Source: Eledone cirrhosa
Lineage: Eukaryota
NCBI GenBank assembly: GCA_964016885.1
Contig: OZ024741.1
Span: 141,050,001-141,114,000 of the forward strand
DNA length: 64,000 nt
Direction of reading: 5' to 3'
Shown: piece by piece, positions 11,483 to 24,016 of the stretch
Numbering within the stretch: the first letter of the stretch is position 1
Layout of the letters: every line of letters starts with the position of its first letter
Notes under the pieces: model-generated
What the model was told of the DNA's origin: nothing
Database searches by the model: none
Seen by the model: only the letters and a program-made list of their open reading frames with translations
Position numbers and translations under genes: made by a program

Positions 11483-11954
11483 AATAGAGAGAGGGGGGAA
11501 GAGAGTGAGAACGAAATTCTTTTTATCAATTTTACCATTGTCCTTCATCACCGTTGACTTACGAATCAACAACAGTGACAATTACATCAAAACTCTCCAT
11601 CGTGAAGAAAACGACATTTTTATATTTGCTAGAATCAAATCACTTATTGTATTCGGATTGAAAAAGAAAATTGTTTACGCCAAACGAAATCACAATACGG
11701 CATACATTTTCTCTGATTATGTTTCCTTTTTTTTTTTTTTTTATTCATTATTCATTATTCATTATTCATACCCCCAGCACACATTTTCCATAATGTGCAT
11801 TCTAATTATTGTTACATTTTGTCTGAACTTTCCTCTGATATAAATTAAGATTTTTCATTAGTTTCTTTTTCTTCTTCGCAGAGTATTCTTGTTTACCTTT
11901 GAAATATTGATGTTGCAAAATAGTGTCCATAAATACATACACCGTCACATACAC

Positions 11955-12076
<122 letters not shown>

Positions 12077-12097
12077 ATATATATATACATACAGACA

Positions 12098-12180
12098 TAC
12101 TGATTCCCTCAGGGAAGTGGCCCTGCTCAATATGTAGAAACGGAGTTGGCGAAACATTATACGATGTTCACAATGTACAT
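12098..12180 (+). mobile_element. Small RTE-type LINE fragment (Cys-rich PHD-like insert)
   Basis: LIPSGKWPCSICRNGVG, then after a frameshift NIIRCSQC; matches my recollection of the Cys-rich insert in RTE-clade RTs. Confidence 0.6.
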
Positions 12181-12744
12181 CTTAGATACCCGGACAGACG
12201 TTCATCCACGACACTCGCGAGCCACGTATGGTCCCTCAAGGACTCAAGTATAGACTACTTCAGTCAATGGAAAGCCATCACTAAGTCCAAGCCATACGCA
12301 AGGGGCGATCCGTCGTGTGAACTATGTATTGATGAACGAATAAATATTCTTAAGAGATTACGCAATAGTGATTGACTTAACTCGAGTAATGAATTCTTCA
12401 CACGTTGTCCACACGTCTGGAAACACCTCTTACATAACTACAAAGCTTCGGATTGAATTACCACAACATCCTAATTTTCTTATCAACCAGAAGCTTTCGG
12501 ACTTTCGCAGTTATCTCGCACGCAATATAGTATTGTCTGTGTGAAGTAATCGTTTCTGCGCATGCGCGTTTGTACGGTTGTACTTCCTGTTCCGTATAAC
12601 CATGTCCATTACGAGCTGAGGATCCGCTAAGGTGAAACAATTGTTCACGGTATGGTGAACTAACTGTTGTGTAACCACATCTACCTAACTCGTCCCATGG
12701 ATTGAGTGCTCTACCACTAGGGATATTACCTTCCAGTGTTCTAC

Positions 12745-12748
<4 letters not shown>
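12180..12748 (+). mobile_element. 3' fragment of a PLE with Hydra-clade-like endonuclease C-terminus and pLTR
   Basis: STTLASHVWSLK..QWKAI..PY..CELCIDERINI..LNSSNEFFTRCPH; hammerhead motif downstream; ends in (TA)n. Confidence 0.8.
12612..12649 (+). ncRNA. Minimal hammerhead motif
   Basis: CGAG-CUGAGGA-U-CC-gcuaa-GG-U-GAAA-CAAUUG-UU-CACG; core intact, palindromic stem III, one stem I mismatch. Confidence 0.7.
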
Positions 12749-12800
<52 letters not shown>

Positions 12801-12841
<41 letters not shown>

Positions 12842-13870
12842 GGTTTAGCGTCCGTGTTCCACGCTTGCATGGGTTTGGACGGAGGTTTTCCTACTTGAGG
12901 CAAGAGTGGTTGTCTTGCTCGCATAGGACTGTCTGGCGGGTTTTCTACAGCTGGATGCCCTTCCTAACACCAACCACATTTACAGTGTGGGGCTGGGAGG
13001 TTTTTACCGTGTTGCCTACACGGCCACATTTACAGCGTGGACTGTGTGTTTTTTTGTCGTGACACCTACACGATCTCATTTGTTTCGGCCTGGATGTTGT
13101 GGGACCAACATAATTTTACATTGAAAGGGGCGGTGTGGATGGGGTGGAGGTGGTGGGACGGGGGTGTGTTTTGATAGAGATGCCTACTGACTGTAGTAGG
13201 TTTTTACTTTGTATTTAGGTAAGGCGGGTCTTCTCTATTACTGAGTACCGCCAAAGGTCTCGGTCTAGTGACATTGTCTTGGAGAGGTGTAAGCGTGTGA
13301 GGTCGGAATTTATCATGTCGTCCCAGGTTTTTCTGGGTCTACCTACTCCGTGGCTACCGTCTATCTTTATTGCCCTGCACTTTGTTATACAGCTGTCGTC
13401 TTTCATGCGCATCACGTGACCGTACCAACGTAGCCTTCTCAACATCTGATCCCTCTTATTTCTAATTTTTTCCTTAGTTCGTTTATGCTTAGCCGTTCAC
13501 GTATATTACTATTGCACATCCAGCGGAGCATGCAAGCTTCGTTCCTCTCTAGTCTGCGTATATCCTCTGCACACAATGCCCAGGTCTCACTGCCATGCAG
13601 CATTGCTGTTCGTAGCAGGCATCGTATAACCTGCCTTTCATTTTTAGGGAGAACCCTCTAGCGGCTAATAGTGGTATAAGCTCTCTGAACTTTTTCCATC
13701 CAGTTCTGACTCTAGCTACTGTACTTTCAGAGCACCCTCCCCCACTGCTGATTTTGTCACCCAGGTAACGGAAGCTGTCCACTATTTCTATAGAACCCTC
13801 TGCGCAATTGAAAGAGCTAGTATTTAGTGGGCACTTGCTGCTACTTATTGCACCAGAGCACCGGCCACAC
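12801..13870 (-). mobile_element. 5'-truncated RTE-clade LINE with (GAT)n tail
   Basis: CGRC..IEIVDSFRYLGDKISSGGGC..ARVRTGWKKFREL and RRLRWYGHVMRM..GRPRKTWDD; (CAT)n at 12801-12840 on +. Confidence 0.9.
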
Positions 13871-13875
13871 GTATT

Positions 13876-14017
13876 GGGGAATTTTTCATTGTTATTTTTT
13901 TGTTACATCCTCTGTTTTTGTTTTTTACACGCAGAAATGTCCATTTGTACCGTCCTGTACTGTCCTGCACTGTCCTTAATGTCTACTTTATGTAAACCCT
14001 TGTGGTTAATAAAGAAA

Positions 14018-14020
<3 letters not shown>
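13876..14020 (+). mobile_element. 3' UTR fragment of a Tx1-like LINE related to 18990-24016
   Basis: GGGGAATTTTT..GTACCGTCCTGTACTGT..CCCTTGTGGTTAATAAAGAAATC(ATT)n aligns by eye with 23846-24000. Confidence 0.8.

Positions 14021-14068
<48 letters not shown>
14020..14068. repeat. (ATT)n tract shared by two tail-to-tail LINE 3' ends
   Basis: Direct read. Confidence 0.95.
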
Positions 14069-14069
<1 letters not shown>

Positions 14070-17000
14070 AGCTGCATTTATCTTGCTTTATGTTCATACG
14101 AGTTATCACCAAGTCACAACCAGTGACCTCAAGAGACAACAAGTTCCGCCATATTCAAGAAAGAACATACATACTCACACATGCATCTTTAGGTGTTTAG
14201 ACTTGTGATGTACTTATATTGACAGAATCTTCCTTAGTATATGGGCAGTTCCCATTAGTACTATCTTTTGTATTTCTCCTATACGCGGGTTTCCTGGGAT
14301 TTGCGATAAGTAATCATTAGACCCCTTAGATATCATTCCTAGAGCGCCTACAACCACTGGTATTGTTTTAGTTCTCAATTTCCACATTTTTCCAATTTCT
14401 ATCTCCACGTCCTTATACTTGCTCAATTTTTCAAATGTTTTTATAGATAGATTCTTGTCTATTGGAACGGACATATCAATTAGCAGGCATACCCTCTTTT
14501 TAAAGTCCTTCAGTATTATATCAGGTCTATTTGCATCTATTTTTCGGTCTGTTTGGATGCTAAAGTTCCACAAGATTGAGATGTGATCTTTTTCAAGTAT
14601 GGGAGGTGGTTGATGCTCCCACCAATTCTTTTGATGGGGCAGGTCAAAATGCTTACACATTATCCAATGTATGTATTGTGCAGCTCTGACATGCCTGTTT
14701 AGGATTTCGGTTGGAGCTATAGGACTGCACACTGAAATTATATGATCAATGGTCTCTGGTTGTTTTTTTACATACACGGCATAATGGGCTGGTAATTTTT
14801 TGTTGGCTTGGTAATTTTTTGTTGGCAGACACTGATCTTGTGCTGATATAATCAGTCCTTCAGTCTCCGATTTCAGTCCAGAGGATGCCAACCACTGATG
14901 GGTTAAAGTTTTGTCAACATCAGGATTGTTAGCTCGCTCTGGGTATTTTCCATACAGAGGCTTTTCTTGCCATTTCTTAGCCAGTTTCTGTAGCAGTTCT
15001 TTCTTTGCAGTTACTTTTACCTGCTTAGCTTTTTCTGTGTTTTCCATTTCAGCAGTAAATGGGACTTCTGAAATGTGTAGTCCATTACTGTATCTTTGTG
15101 CATCTTTTGTAATGGAGTATGATCTTTTGATGCTTTCGTGTTTCAAAACGAGTTTGATCATCCAATCATGTGATTCCCTTAGATATGTAGATAATCCAAT
15201 TGTTGCAGTTTTCAACGCAATGTCTAACTGGATTAACCCACGTCCTCCTTCTTTCCTAGGGAGATATATTATATCTGTATCTGCCTTAGGGTGATGCATT
15301 CTGTGCATGGTTAAGAATTTTCGAATTTTTGTATCGAGCCTACGGATCTCTGTGCTTGACCAGTTGATGACATTATAACTGTAGGTTACTACTGGTATGG
15401 CAAGCGTGTTTATGGCATCGATCCTATTCCTTGCATTCAATTCCGTTCTTAAGATTGCTCCTACTCTGTGGTAACATTCCTTCCTCATCCTTTCCCTCAT
15501 TGTCGAGTGCTTGATTCCGTCTCCTTCACAAACACCTAAATATTTGTAAGTTTCCTCTTGATCAAGTTCTCTTATCACATTCCCCCGATCAAGATTAATG
15601 TCTGAACTTTTCAGCAGCTTTCCTCTGGTGAAAGTTGCTTTGGTGCATTTATCTAAGCCAAACACCATTTTAATGTCATCACTGAACTGCTCCACAGTGG
15701 ATAATAGCCCTTGCAATTGTTCATCATTTTTGGCAAATAGTTTCAGGTCATCCATGTAGAACAAGTGATTAATGGTTTTGTCATAGACTTTATATCCATG
15801 TTTTGTTTCATTGAGCATTTTACTTAATGGTATATGTGCGATGCAGAATAAAAGCGGTGATAAAGAGTCACCCTGAAAAATTCCACAATTAATATTAACT
15901 TCTCCAGCTTCCAGTGATTTTCTTACAATATTCAAAAGGAGTGTCGTTTTCCATGTCTTCATACTGAATGACAAAAACCTCCTGACAACGGGAGATATTT
16001 TGAAAATCTCTAAATATTTTTCAATCCAACTGTGTGGTAAACTATCGAATGCTTTTTTATAATCTATCCAAGCAATTGATAGATTTGTGTGTCTATTATG
16101 ACAATCTTCCATTATCATTTTGTTAACCAAAAGCTGATCCTTACAGCCATATGAGCCTCGTTTACACCCTTTCTGCTCAATGGGAAATAGGTCATTTGTT
16201 ATCAGATGGTCATATGTATATTCAGTTAGGACTGATGTTAACATTTTATACATTGTGGTCAAGCAAGTTATCGGTCTGTAATTTTTGGGATTGTTTGTCT
16301 CATCATTCTTCGGAAGCAGGAATGTAATGCCGTTAACTAGCCATGATGGTATCTTTTCTGACTCCTTAACTATTTCATTGTAAAGCTGGGCTAACAGCTC
16401 ATGAGACTCTGTGAAGGAATTTATTCAAACATTTTGTATTTTGTCTTTTCCTGGGGATTTCCATTTGCTGGTTTTTCTAAGAGCCAAACGCCACTGTTCA
16501 GCTGTTATATTTTTTTCCTATATTTGTTCCTCAAGGTGAGCTGTATCTTTCATTTGTCTGTCTATCCATGGGGCATGTATATTATGAACTTTTTCTTCGG
16601 CCCAGATCTTTTCCCAGAATTCTTGCACTTCCTCCTTGGGTGGTATTGACTTAGCAGTTATTGTTGACTTACCAATTTTTCTGTAGAAGTTTCTTTGGTT
16701 GTTTTTGAACATATTATTGTCCTTATAGAATCTAGATCGTTTTTCAAAGCGCCTTATACGAGCAGCTTTGGCTGACACTTTTTGCTTGATTATTTCTATC
16801 AGCATGTCTATGTCACTTGTTGATTTTATACTGTATTTTCTTTTCAATTTTCTAAGTTTAGTTTGTTTAACATGTTCACCTACTTTATAGTTTGTTAAAA
16901 TTTCTATGTCAGATCGGAGAAGATTTATTTGGCGATTGATGTTCTCTTGCCAAGTAGATTTCTTGTGGGAATTCCTTTATTTTTTCATTTTCACTCCACA

Positions 17001-18015
17001 TAAGTGAGTGGTGACTTTAGCCGATGCATAATAGAGATGATTTAAATCAGTAATGTTTAGTTTGTTTGTGATGATAATGTTTTTGAGAATTATGTTAGTC
17101 TTGTATATTATCTTTTGGTTCTGTTTGGAGTTCTGGATCTTAGGGAGGGTGTCTCGTCCCCTCATGTCAGATTCTTTCATTTTCATCCATTCGATCATAA
17201 TTTCATCCTTCAAGTTGGCAAGTTCATTCTCATTCATTTGTTTATCATTTACGATCTCATTGTTTCATTTTGAGTTTCATCTGGAGCATGCACTCCCTCC
17301 ACTTTTTCGATCCTTTCTTTAATTTGTTCTGTTGTCAGTGATTCCGCCCCAACCCTGGGATTCGAAGTGTTACAATTTACCTCGTTTTCACTGACACATG
17401 TTTCATTTTCCCTTCGCTGACTTTGTGCTAATAGCTTGATCTGATCAATTTCTATATCAGTTAGTAACTTTTTTTTAACAATATTTCTTCGTATATTAGC
17501 TAGTTTGTTACTGTCAATATAGCCTCTGTTTTCGGGATGTTTCTTTTTCCAGTTGATATATGTCTGTTCTGTATTCGATGTATTTGATGGGTAGTACATG
17601 GCAGTGTAGAAAGCCTCAAGGACTTCTTTATTATCTTCCCTTGACCATTTTTTCTCTCTTTTTCTTTGGATTTCTTGGTGGTGAGCATGGAGGGCCAACA
17701 GTAGGAGTATTCCGGTTATGGGAGGTCTCCAGCTCCGAAGTGATGGGAAGGTTTGAACCATTAGCTGATTTTTCGACCCCAGTCTGGTTCCTCTCTTAGG
17801 AACTCGGCCCTTTTTGACCCGGATGACGGCCGATCCGGTATTAGATTTTATCATTTGACATTTACTTTATTTTGTCGCGTTTTATCCTTATCTGCCAAGG
17901 GGTAATCATTTCGTGTTACCACTTCTAGAGCGAGTGTCAACCAAGATTAGAGGGGTCGTCCTCCTCTAGAGACACGGCTATTCCCCGCCGGCCGCCATCC
18001 CGGTATTTCTTGGTC
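14069..18015 (-). mobile_element. R4/Dong-clade non-LTR retrotransposon 1 (RT + restriction-like endonuclease), near full length, decayed
   Basis: N-terminal KWSREDN..LANIRRNI domain; EQKGC, WIDYKKAFDS, GIFQGDSLSPLLF, YMDDLKL, YKYLG, GGRGL, NRPDII..LIDMSVP..KLSKYKD..PVVVGALG; 3' end runs into (TAA)n. Confidence 0.93.
14214..16262 (-). CDS. Open 682-aa RT-RLE segment of Dong element 1
   Basis: Track ORF with RT motifs and PD-(D/E)xK nuclease; upstream part of the original ORF is frameshifted. Confidence 0.8.
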   Translation of the reverse strand: MTTMYKMLTSVLTEYTYDHLITNDLFPIEQKGCKRGSYGCKDQLLVNKMIMEDCHNRHTNLSIAWIDYKKAFDSLPHSWIEKYLEIFKISPVVRRFLSFSMKTWKTTLLLNIVRKSLEAGEVNINCGIFQGDSLSPLLFCIAHIPLSKMLNETKHGYKVYDKTINHLFYMDDLKLFAKNDEQLQGLLSTVEQFSDDIKMVFGLDKCTKATFTRGKLLKSSDINLDRGNVIRELDQEETYKYLGVCEGDGIKHSTMRERMRKECYHRVGAILRTELNARNRIDAINTLAIPVVTYSYNVINWSSTEIRRLDTKIRKFLTMHRMHHPKADTDIIYLPRKEGGRGLIQLDIALKTATIGLSTYLRESHDWMIKLVLKHESIKRSYSITKDAQRYSNGLHISEVPFTAEMENTEKAKQVKVTAKKELLQKLAKKWQEKPLYGKYPERANNPDVDKTLTHQWLASSGLKSETEGLIISAQDQCLPTKNYQANKKLPAHYAVYVKKQPETIDHIISVCSPIAPTEILNRHVRAAQYIHWIMCKHFDLPHQKNWWEHQPPPILEKDHISILWNFSIQTDRKIDANRPDIILKDFKKRVCLLIDMSVPIDKNLSIKTFEKLSKYKDVEIEIGKMWKLRTKTIPVVVGALGMISKGSNDYLSQIPGNPRIGEIQKIVLMGTAHILRKILSI

Positions 18016-18468
18016 AGTTTTTTTCTTTTTTGTTGTTTTTTTTAAATTGTTATTATCATGAGTGGTTCCTTAAAGTGAGCATTGCGTGGCTTAAGAATGA
18101 AATTATTAATAATATAATATACTTTTTGCTGAATTTGCCTGTTATTGTTGTTGGTTATGTCAGTGCCGGTGCTGGGGCTTTTTATATTGTTGGTGGGGAA
18201 GGGGGAGCCAGCAGTGCGATAGTCGTTGACAATTGGCCAGGTCACTAAGTCAATCTATTTATATCTTTTGCTAGCCTCTCCATTGTCTAGTGATACCGCC
18301 ACCTTCCCCTTTCTTAAGTTAACAGAAGGCAATGGGGGAATAGTGGTGGTAGCAATGAAGGAGTGGTAGCGGCGGTGATGGGATAGTGGTAGTAATGATG
18401 GATGGAGTGGTTGCGGCGGTGACTATAATGATGGCGTTGTCGTTACTGAGTTTTGTTGAATATTTTTA

Positions 18469-18646
18469 TTGGCAGTATCGGTAGAGGGTCGGACGCCATG
18501 CTTTGACGCATAGAGTTACGGCCCTTGCCATTCTGAGTTCAAATCCTGCCGAGGTTAACTTTGCCTTTCATCCTTACGGGATCGATAAAATAAAGTACCA
18601 GTAATACACTGGGTAATTTGCTGGCGTTGTGCCAAAAGTAGAAACA

Positions 18647-18708
<62 letters not shown>
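18469..18708 (+). mobile_element. SINE family A with long (ATT)n tail
   Basis: Box A/B, core, GTAGAAACA then (ATT)n at 18647-18708. Confidence 0.93.
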
Positions 18709-18709
<1 letters not shown>

Positions 18710-18950
18710 GGGCGGTGAATTGGCAGTATTGGTAGAGGGTTGGACGCCATGTTTTCTAGCATAGTTACGTCCCTTTACCCTCTGAGTTCAAATCCCGCCG
18801 AAGTTAACTTTGCCTTTCATCCTTACCTGGGTCGATAAAATAAAGTACCATTAATGTACTGGATAATTGCTGGTCTTGTGACCAGCAAGTTTCACGCGTG
18901 TGTCCATCCCAGATAGATAGATAGATATAGATATAATAATAATAATAATA

Positions 18951-18989
<39 letters not shown>
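18710..18989 (+). mobile_element. SINE family A in the tail of the previous copy; altered 3' end, then (GATA)n/(TAA)n/(ATT)n
   Basis: GGGCGGTGAATTGGCAGTATTGG..GAGTTCAAATCCCGCC..core. Confidence 0.9.
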
Positions 18990-19440
18990 GGTCTGTTCGG
19001 ACGTCTTTTTGCTCAATCCCTATAAGTCGCTTTATTTACCTGTTATAATTTTTGTTGTTTAGTTTTTCTTGTTGTATATTGGATATAAGCCCTTGTGAAG
19101 GGGAAAGTATAATATGTGGGCCTTTAGGCCCAAATATTTGAACAATATTTGAACATTTTACTTTTAAAAAATAAAAAAAAAGCATGGCTGAGCCACGTCC
19201 CCCAGCAATATGTCTGCTGTCGTGTGACAACGGCGTAAAAGTTGAGAGGAGGGTTACAAATATGTATACAACAAACACCACCACAAACAACGTGAACAAA
19301 GACAACAACACTGAGAACACTTATCTATAAAAAAAATTACCACACCAACTACAACAATAACAGCGACAACCAAAATACAGATAACAGAAAAAAATGCCAA
19401 CACTGAAAATATAAGCAATAGCAATGACAATTATTTAGAT

Positions 19441-20597
19441 TTGTCACATACAAACATGGATTTCCCGCCATTACCAACGTCTACAGCTGTTAAAGCCGCC
19501 ATCATCACCACCACAATGTCAAAAAGAACAACCAACACCACTGATACCACCACCACAGCAACAACTGAAACAAAAAATAAATTATTTTCTCGTGATATCG
19601 AAATGGATTCTCCGAAAATCGTCTCTTCCACGACGAACGCCACTGACACCACCATCACCACCACCTCAACTGAAACTAAAAATAATAATAACAAAAATAA
19701 CAATAACAACAACAGCAACAACAGAACCAATAAGAATAACAACAACAACACCAACACCAGCGCAAAACGAAGTGTGTCGTTTGCTAAAGCGGCAAACAAA
19801 ATTGAAACGGTGGAGGTAAGCCGGGAAGAATTGAATGAAGCCAAGCGAATGGTAAAAAAATATGGTTACAGGGTCAGCCTCAGCTAATACCATGGAGCAT
19901 CGGCGCCTATGCACCGTGTCATATCGGACAATAAATATTAAAACGCGCCGAGATACAAAAAGCTTTGGGACATGTGTGGGCTCAAAAAACCCACATCAGA
20001 CGTGGGAAAAAATATGGAACGGTGGATGTGTTCTTTGGAACCCCACAGCAAGCCAGAGAGCACTCCATGGCCCAATTAAAAAGTGACGACTTCACGCTCG
20101 TCCCAAGCTATTGTGGTCAGAGGCTGGTGAGGATCAGGGTGACCCAGGTTCCGCTGGCCATTGAAATTACCTGGCTAATGGCTGCCGCCCTCACCGACAT
20201 CGAGGCCGACACTAAAGTAATTGAGGTGGTAAAAGTAAAGCAGGAGTACTGGTCCGGATCTGGGATGGAACTCCTGATCCAATCGGACCAAAAAAACATA
20301 CAGGAAACTCCAGAGGTGATAGACCTCAATAACGGCAGCCACCTCACCGTAATCGTTGAGGGTAGAAGGTCTAGGTGTGTCATTTGTGGCGAAAGAACCC
20401 ACCTAAAGGCTTTCTGCCCTAAGGCTAAAAAGTTGAGGCCACCTCTCCTATCCTCCCCAGTGACTCAACCATCAAAACCAGCACCAGAAACGGCAGCAAC
20501 AACTGTAGCAGCAACAACAGAAGAGACTGTAGCAGCAACAACCTCAGCAACTGTAGCAGCAACAGTAGCAAAACTAACACCACCACCATCTCACTAA
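19441..20597 (+). pseudogene. Tx1-like ORF1 (T/N-rich N-terminus, zinc knuckle, A/T-rich tail), frameshifted
   Basis: ORFs 19441..19887 and 19965..20597. Confidence 0.75.
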
Positions 20598-20599
20598 GA

Positions 20600-23500
20600 A
20601 TAGGCAGCATACATGCGCTTGGCTTGGGGTCGTCATGGAAGCAGGGCCACCTGCTCAACGACTTCAGGGAACTAAACATAGATGTGGTGGCCATCAGCGA
20701 AACCAGAATCTCCGAAGCACGAGCTTTCGCACCGATCAACAGGGGCACGACGGCTAGATTTCTTCAGACGTCTAGAGACCTTTCTTGGAACGTCCCGCTC
20801 TTTAGTGTTAGCACGCTGGGATTATGTGGGGCTAGTAGACAGGACAGGAAGGTGTAAAAGCCTCAACAACCTGCTCAGACGTTTTGAACTATCTGACAGG
20901 TATAGAGTTGATTATCCGAATGTGCCAATGTGGACATGGCCAAACCGCATCGCGTCATCCATATCGTATTTAGATAGGGTATTCTGTAGGAAAACAGATA
21001 AGGCTAGTGTAGGTTGTCCACAATTTAAAGTAGTCGACTACACGGACCACAAATTTGTTATCTGTGAAGTTGACTTAGATAGACTCCATAGGCACTGGAA
21101 GCTAAACGCGCCGTTCCCGGCTCACAAAGCAGAGACCAGATTAGCGAATTAGTTAAGCGTGCGTTGACGGGTGCGATCGTCAACAACAGGTGGTGGTTTA
21201 ACCTGAAATGGGCTATTAGAGTAGAATCGATAAGGTTTAGCAAAGGAGTAGTGATAGAGGAAAATAGAGTAGCGGGAGAGTTAGTTAGAAAGCTAGAAGA
21301 GGCGATTAGGACAGGCATCGCAACCGACAAATTCTTTAGCGCAAAGCATGAAGGCTGCGTTGTCAGAGCTAGAACGCGTGCTCTAAGACATGAGGGGAGG
21401 GGATGAAAGCCGTTGAATGGGCCCGGGTGCTGGAGACGCGACATAGCAACAAGTCCACAATTTGGTCTTTGCTTGATCAAAACGGGCGCATGTTGCTCGA
21501 ACCCGAGCACATGTGTGCGGCTTTTCAACAACACTTTGCTCAATTGTTCGTGAGTGGCGGCGGGGCGGATCTGAGTATGGACTTCGGTGCATACCTCGAC
21601 GGACTAGCGCGGCTCTCGCCGACCGCAGCGCACTGCTGTAAAAAGCCGATAACAGCAGGTGAAATACGGGAAGCGATGTCTGACTGCACGAGGGGTAAAT
21701 CGCCAGGTTTGGATGGTCTGGCCTACGAACCTTATGCGTATATGCCAGACTTCTTCGGCGACCTCTTGGTAGATGTCTACTGCAACTGGCAGCAGAACGG
21801 GAGCATTCCCAGTTTTGTGAGCCGGGGAGCGGTGGCGCTGCTGAGAAAAGACCCGAACAAGGGGGACGTTATAGACAACTTCAGGCGTATAACTCTGCTA
21901 AACGCAGAGTTTAAGATTTTGGCCGAGGTGTTAGCAAAGAGATTGGCGCTTGTTGTCGGTGATCTGGTAGAAGAGGCGCAGATATGCGCCATTCCGGATA
22001 GATACATCCACAACAACCTCCATCTCAAGCGATACATCATAGAGAGGGTTGTTAAGGAACCTGGCACGGATGGGGCCATGATCAACTTGGATCAATGTAA
22101 AGCATTTGATAGGGTCGACCATCGGTACCTGGCTGCGGTTCTCGGGTCCGTTTTTAGGGGCTGGATCGCTGCGATATACAGCGACATCTGCTCGATTGTG
22201 AGGGTGAATGGTCACCTGTCGCAGCCTTTCAGCATCATGCGCTCGGTCCGCCAGTGTTGCCCCCTCTCGTTCCTCTTGTACGTACTGGCCCTAGAGCCAT
22301 TACTGCACACATTGGAGACGATGAGGGGAGTCCCACACATACTAGGATGCGGGAGATCTGTATCAGCTTACGCCGACGATGACACCGTGGTGGTGTCGAG
22401 CACCAAATACGTTCAAATGCTTTGCACCGCTCTCAAGGAATACGAAGCGGTCACAGGAGCAAAGATAAATCAGGAAAAGTTGGTGGGCTTGCAACTCGGC
22501 ACCTGGAGAATCAAGTCCATGCCGTCCGACAGCGTCGTGGGGCGCTGGACGGAAGGACCGGTTTAATTGCTCGATGTCTGGTTTGGTCCGGAACGCCATA
22601 TGGAGAAAAACTGGAGCGAGGTGACGAGCAGGGTGGCCTCTCTCACCCAGAAATTGGCCGAGAGGAGGCTGTCTCTGAAAGGTCGGGCGGACGTGACGAA
22701 TGCGTACGTAGCGTCCGTCATCTGCTACCGCCTGACGTCATCTTGCCCCCGCCCAACTCTGACTAAAATGGAGCGCCTTCTCTTCCGCTTTTTGTGGAAG
22801 GGGCGTGCTCCCATGGTCAGACGATCCATTTGCTGTCAACACCCGTTGCGTGGAGGACTAGGCATGCCGTGGCTGATGATGCGCAAACATGCGCTGAGGC
22901 TGCGACATCTCTGGTGCTTCCTTGACGATGAACAGGTGTGGTCGCCGTTTGCCAGACGCGCTTTTCCCCAGCTTCTCTCCTTGACGAAGCTGCAGTCCTG
23001 GATCAGGAAAACATCGAGGGATAACGTTTTGAAGCTGGAATATCCCCAAGCGCTCACCCGCCTCTACCATCTGGGCATTAGTATCGGTGGAACATCTACC
23101 TCGGCGTTCTATAGAGGGCTAGTGGAGCGAAAGAGCGACGACCTTCTCGGGGAGAGCCTAGGCGTCGAAGACGATTAGCTGTTTGCACTCTTCAAGAGAA
23201 CTTTCAGACCGGGGCCTATGGACAACTTCCAGAAATCCCTGGCCTGGCAGTGCTACCGGGGAGCGTTGCCGGTTCGAGATAAGCTCTACAGGCACGGAGG
23301 TTTTGTCAGCCGAGCCTGTCCGAGATGCGCGCAGGGCGACGAAACCGTCCTGCAAGCAATCGTTCAGTGCCTTAGGATTGCTGACTTGTGGACCTATGTC
23401 GAACAGCTGCTGTCGCGTGTAGGACGGATCCGGTTATCGACTGAGTCCATTGTGCAGATAGCCCCACCATCCTCCTTTAAAGAGGAGGAAGGGCAGTCAG

Positions 23501-23736
23501 TTTTTCTCTGCCTGGTGGCTATGGCGAAAGAGATTGTGGGGTGGACAAGGTTGAAAGGGTTGAAGACAGACACGTACTTCTTCGGCCAATCCTTGATTAA
23601 CTTCTTCAAGTTTCACTTGAAGAGGAAAATCAGGATGGAGAGGCAAGTGCTGTCTTCTAGTAAGTTTGTTGAAAGGTGGGTGAAAGTGGCGAGTCTGGTC
23701 CGAGTGAACGGGCCCGCTCTGAGTGTGTGCCTGTAG
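20600..23736 (+). pseudogene. Tx1-like ORF2 (APE-RT-Cys domain), disrupted
   Basis: ORFs 20624, 20682, 21164, 21403, 22567 and 23218 in collinear domain order. Confidence 0.9.
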
Positions 23737-24016
23737 ACTGAGGAGTGGGAAAACTGAGAGAGGGCGCTTGTCCTGGTGGTCAGGGTGGCCGTGGGGTTTT
23801 GTGTTGTTTTCGCCACGCGTGACCCTCGGAGGTTTCCCCCTTTTTGGGGAATTTTTGTTGTTTGAATTTTTTTGGTTTCTAGCCCGATTTTGTTATAACC
23901 TGTTTACACGACCAAAACCCACTTTGTATCGTCCTGTACTGTTCTGTGCCGTCTCTAATGTTTTCCTTCGTGTTAGCCCTTGTGGCCGATAAAGAAACCA
24001 TTATTATTATTATTAT

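Larger units (their letters stand above)
18990..24016 (+). mobile_element. Near full-length L1/Tx1-clade LINE, decayed, (ATT)n on both sides
   Basis: ORF1 with CCHC knuckle CVICGERTHLKAFC; APE (DVVAISETR, SYLDRV, TDHK); RT (KSPGLDGL, FRRITLLNAEFKILA, LDQCKAFDRVDH, SVRQCCPLS, AYADD); C-terminal CPRC..ETVLQ..C. Confidence 0.92.

Noticed and set aside
18030-18460. Possible antisense remnant of a Tx1-like 5'/ORF1 region (T-rich, IPPLPS)
   Set aside because: Similarity limited to low-complexity sequence.
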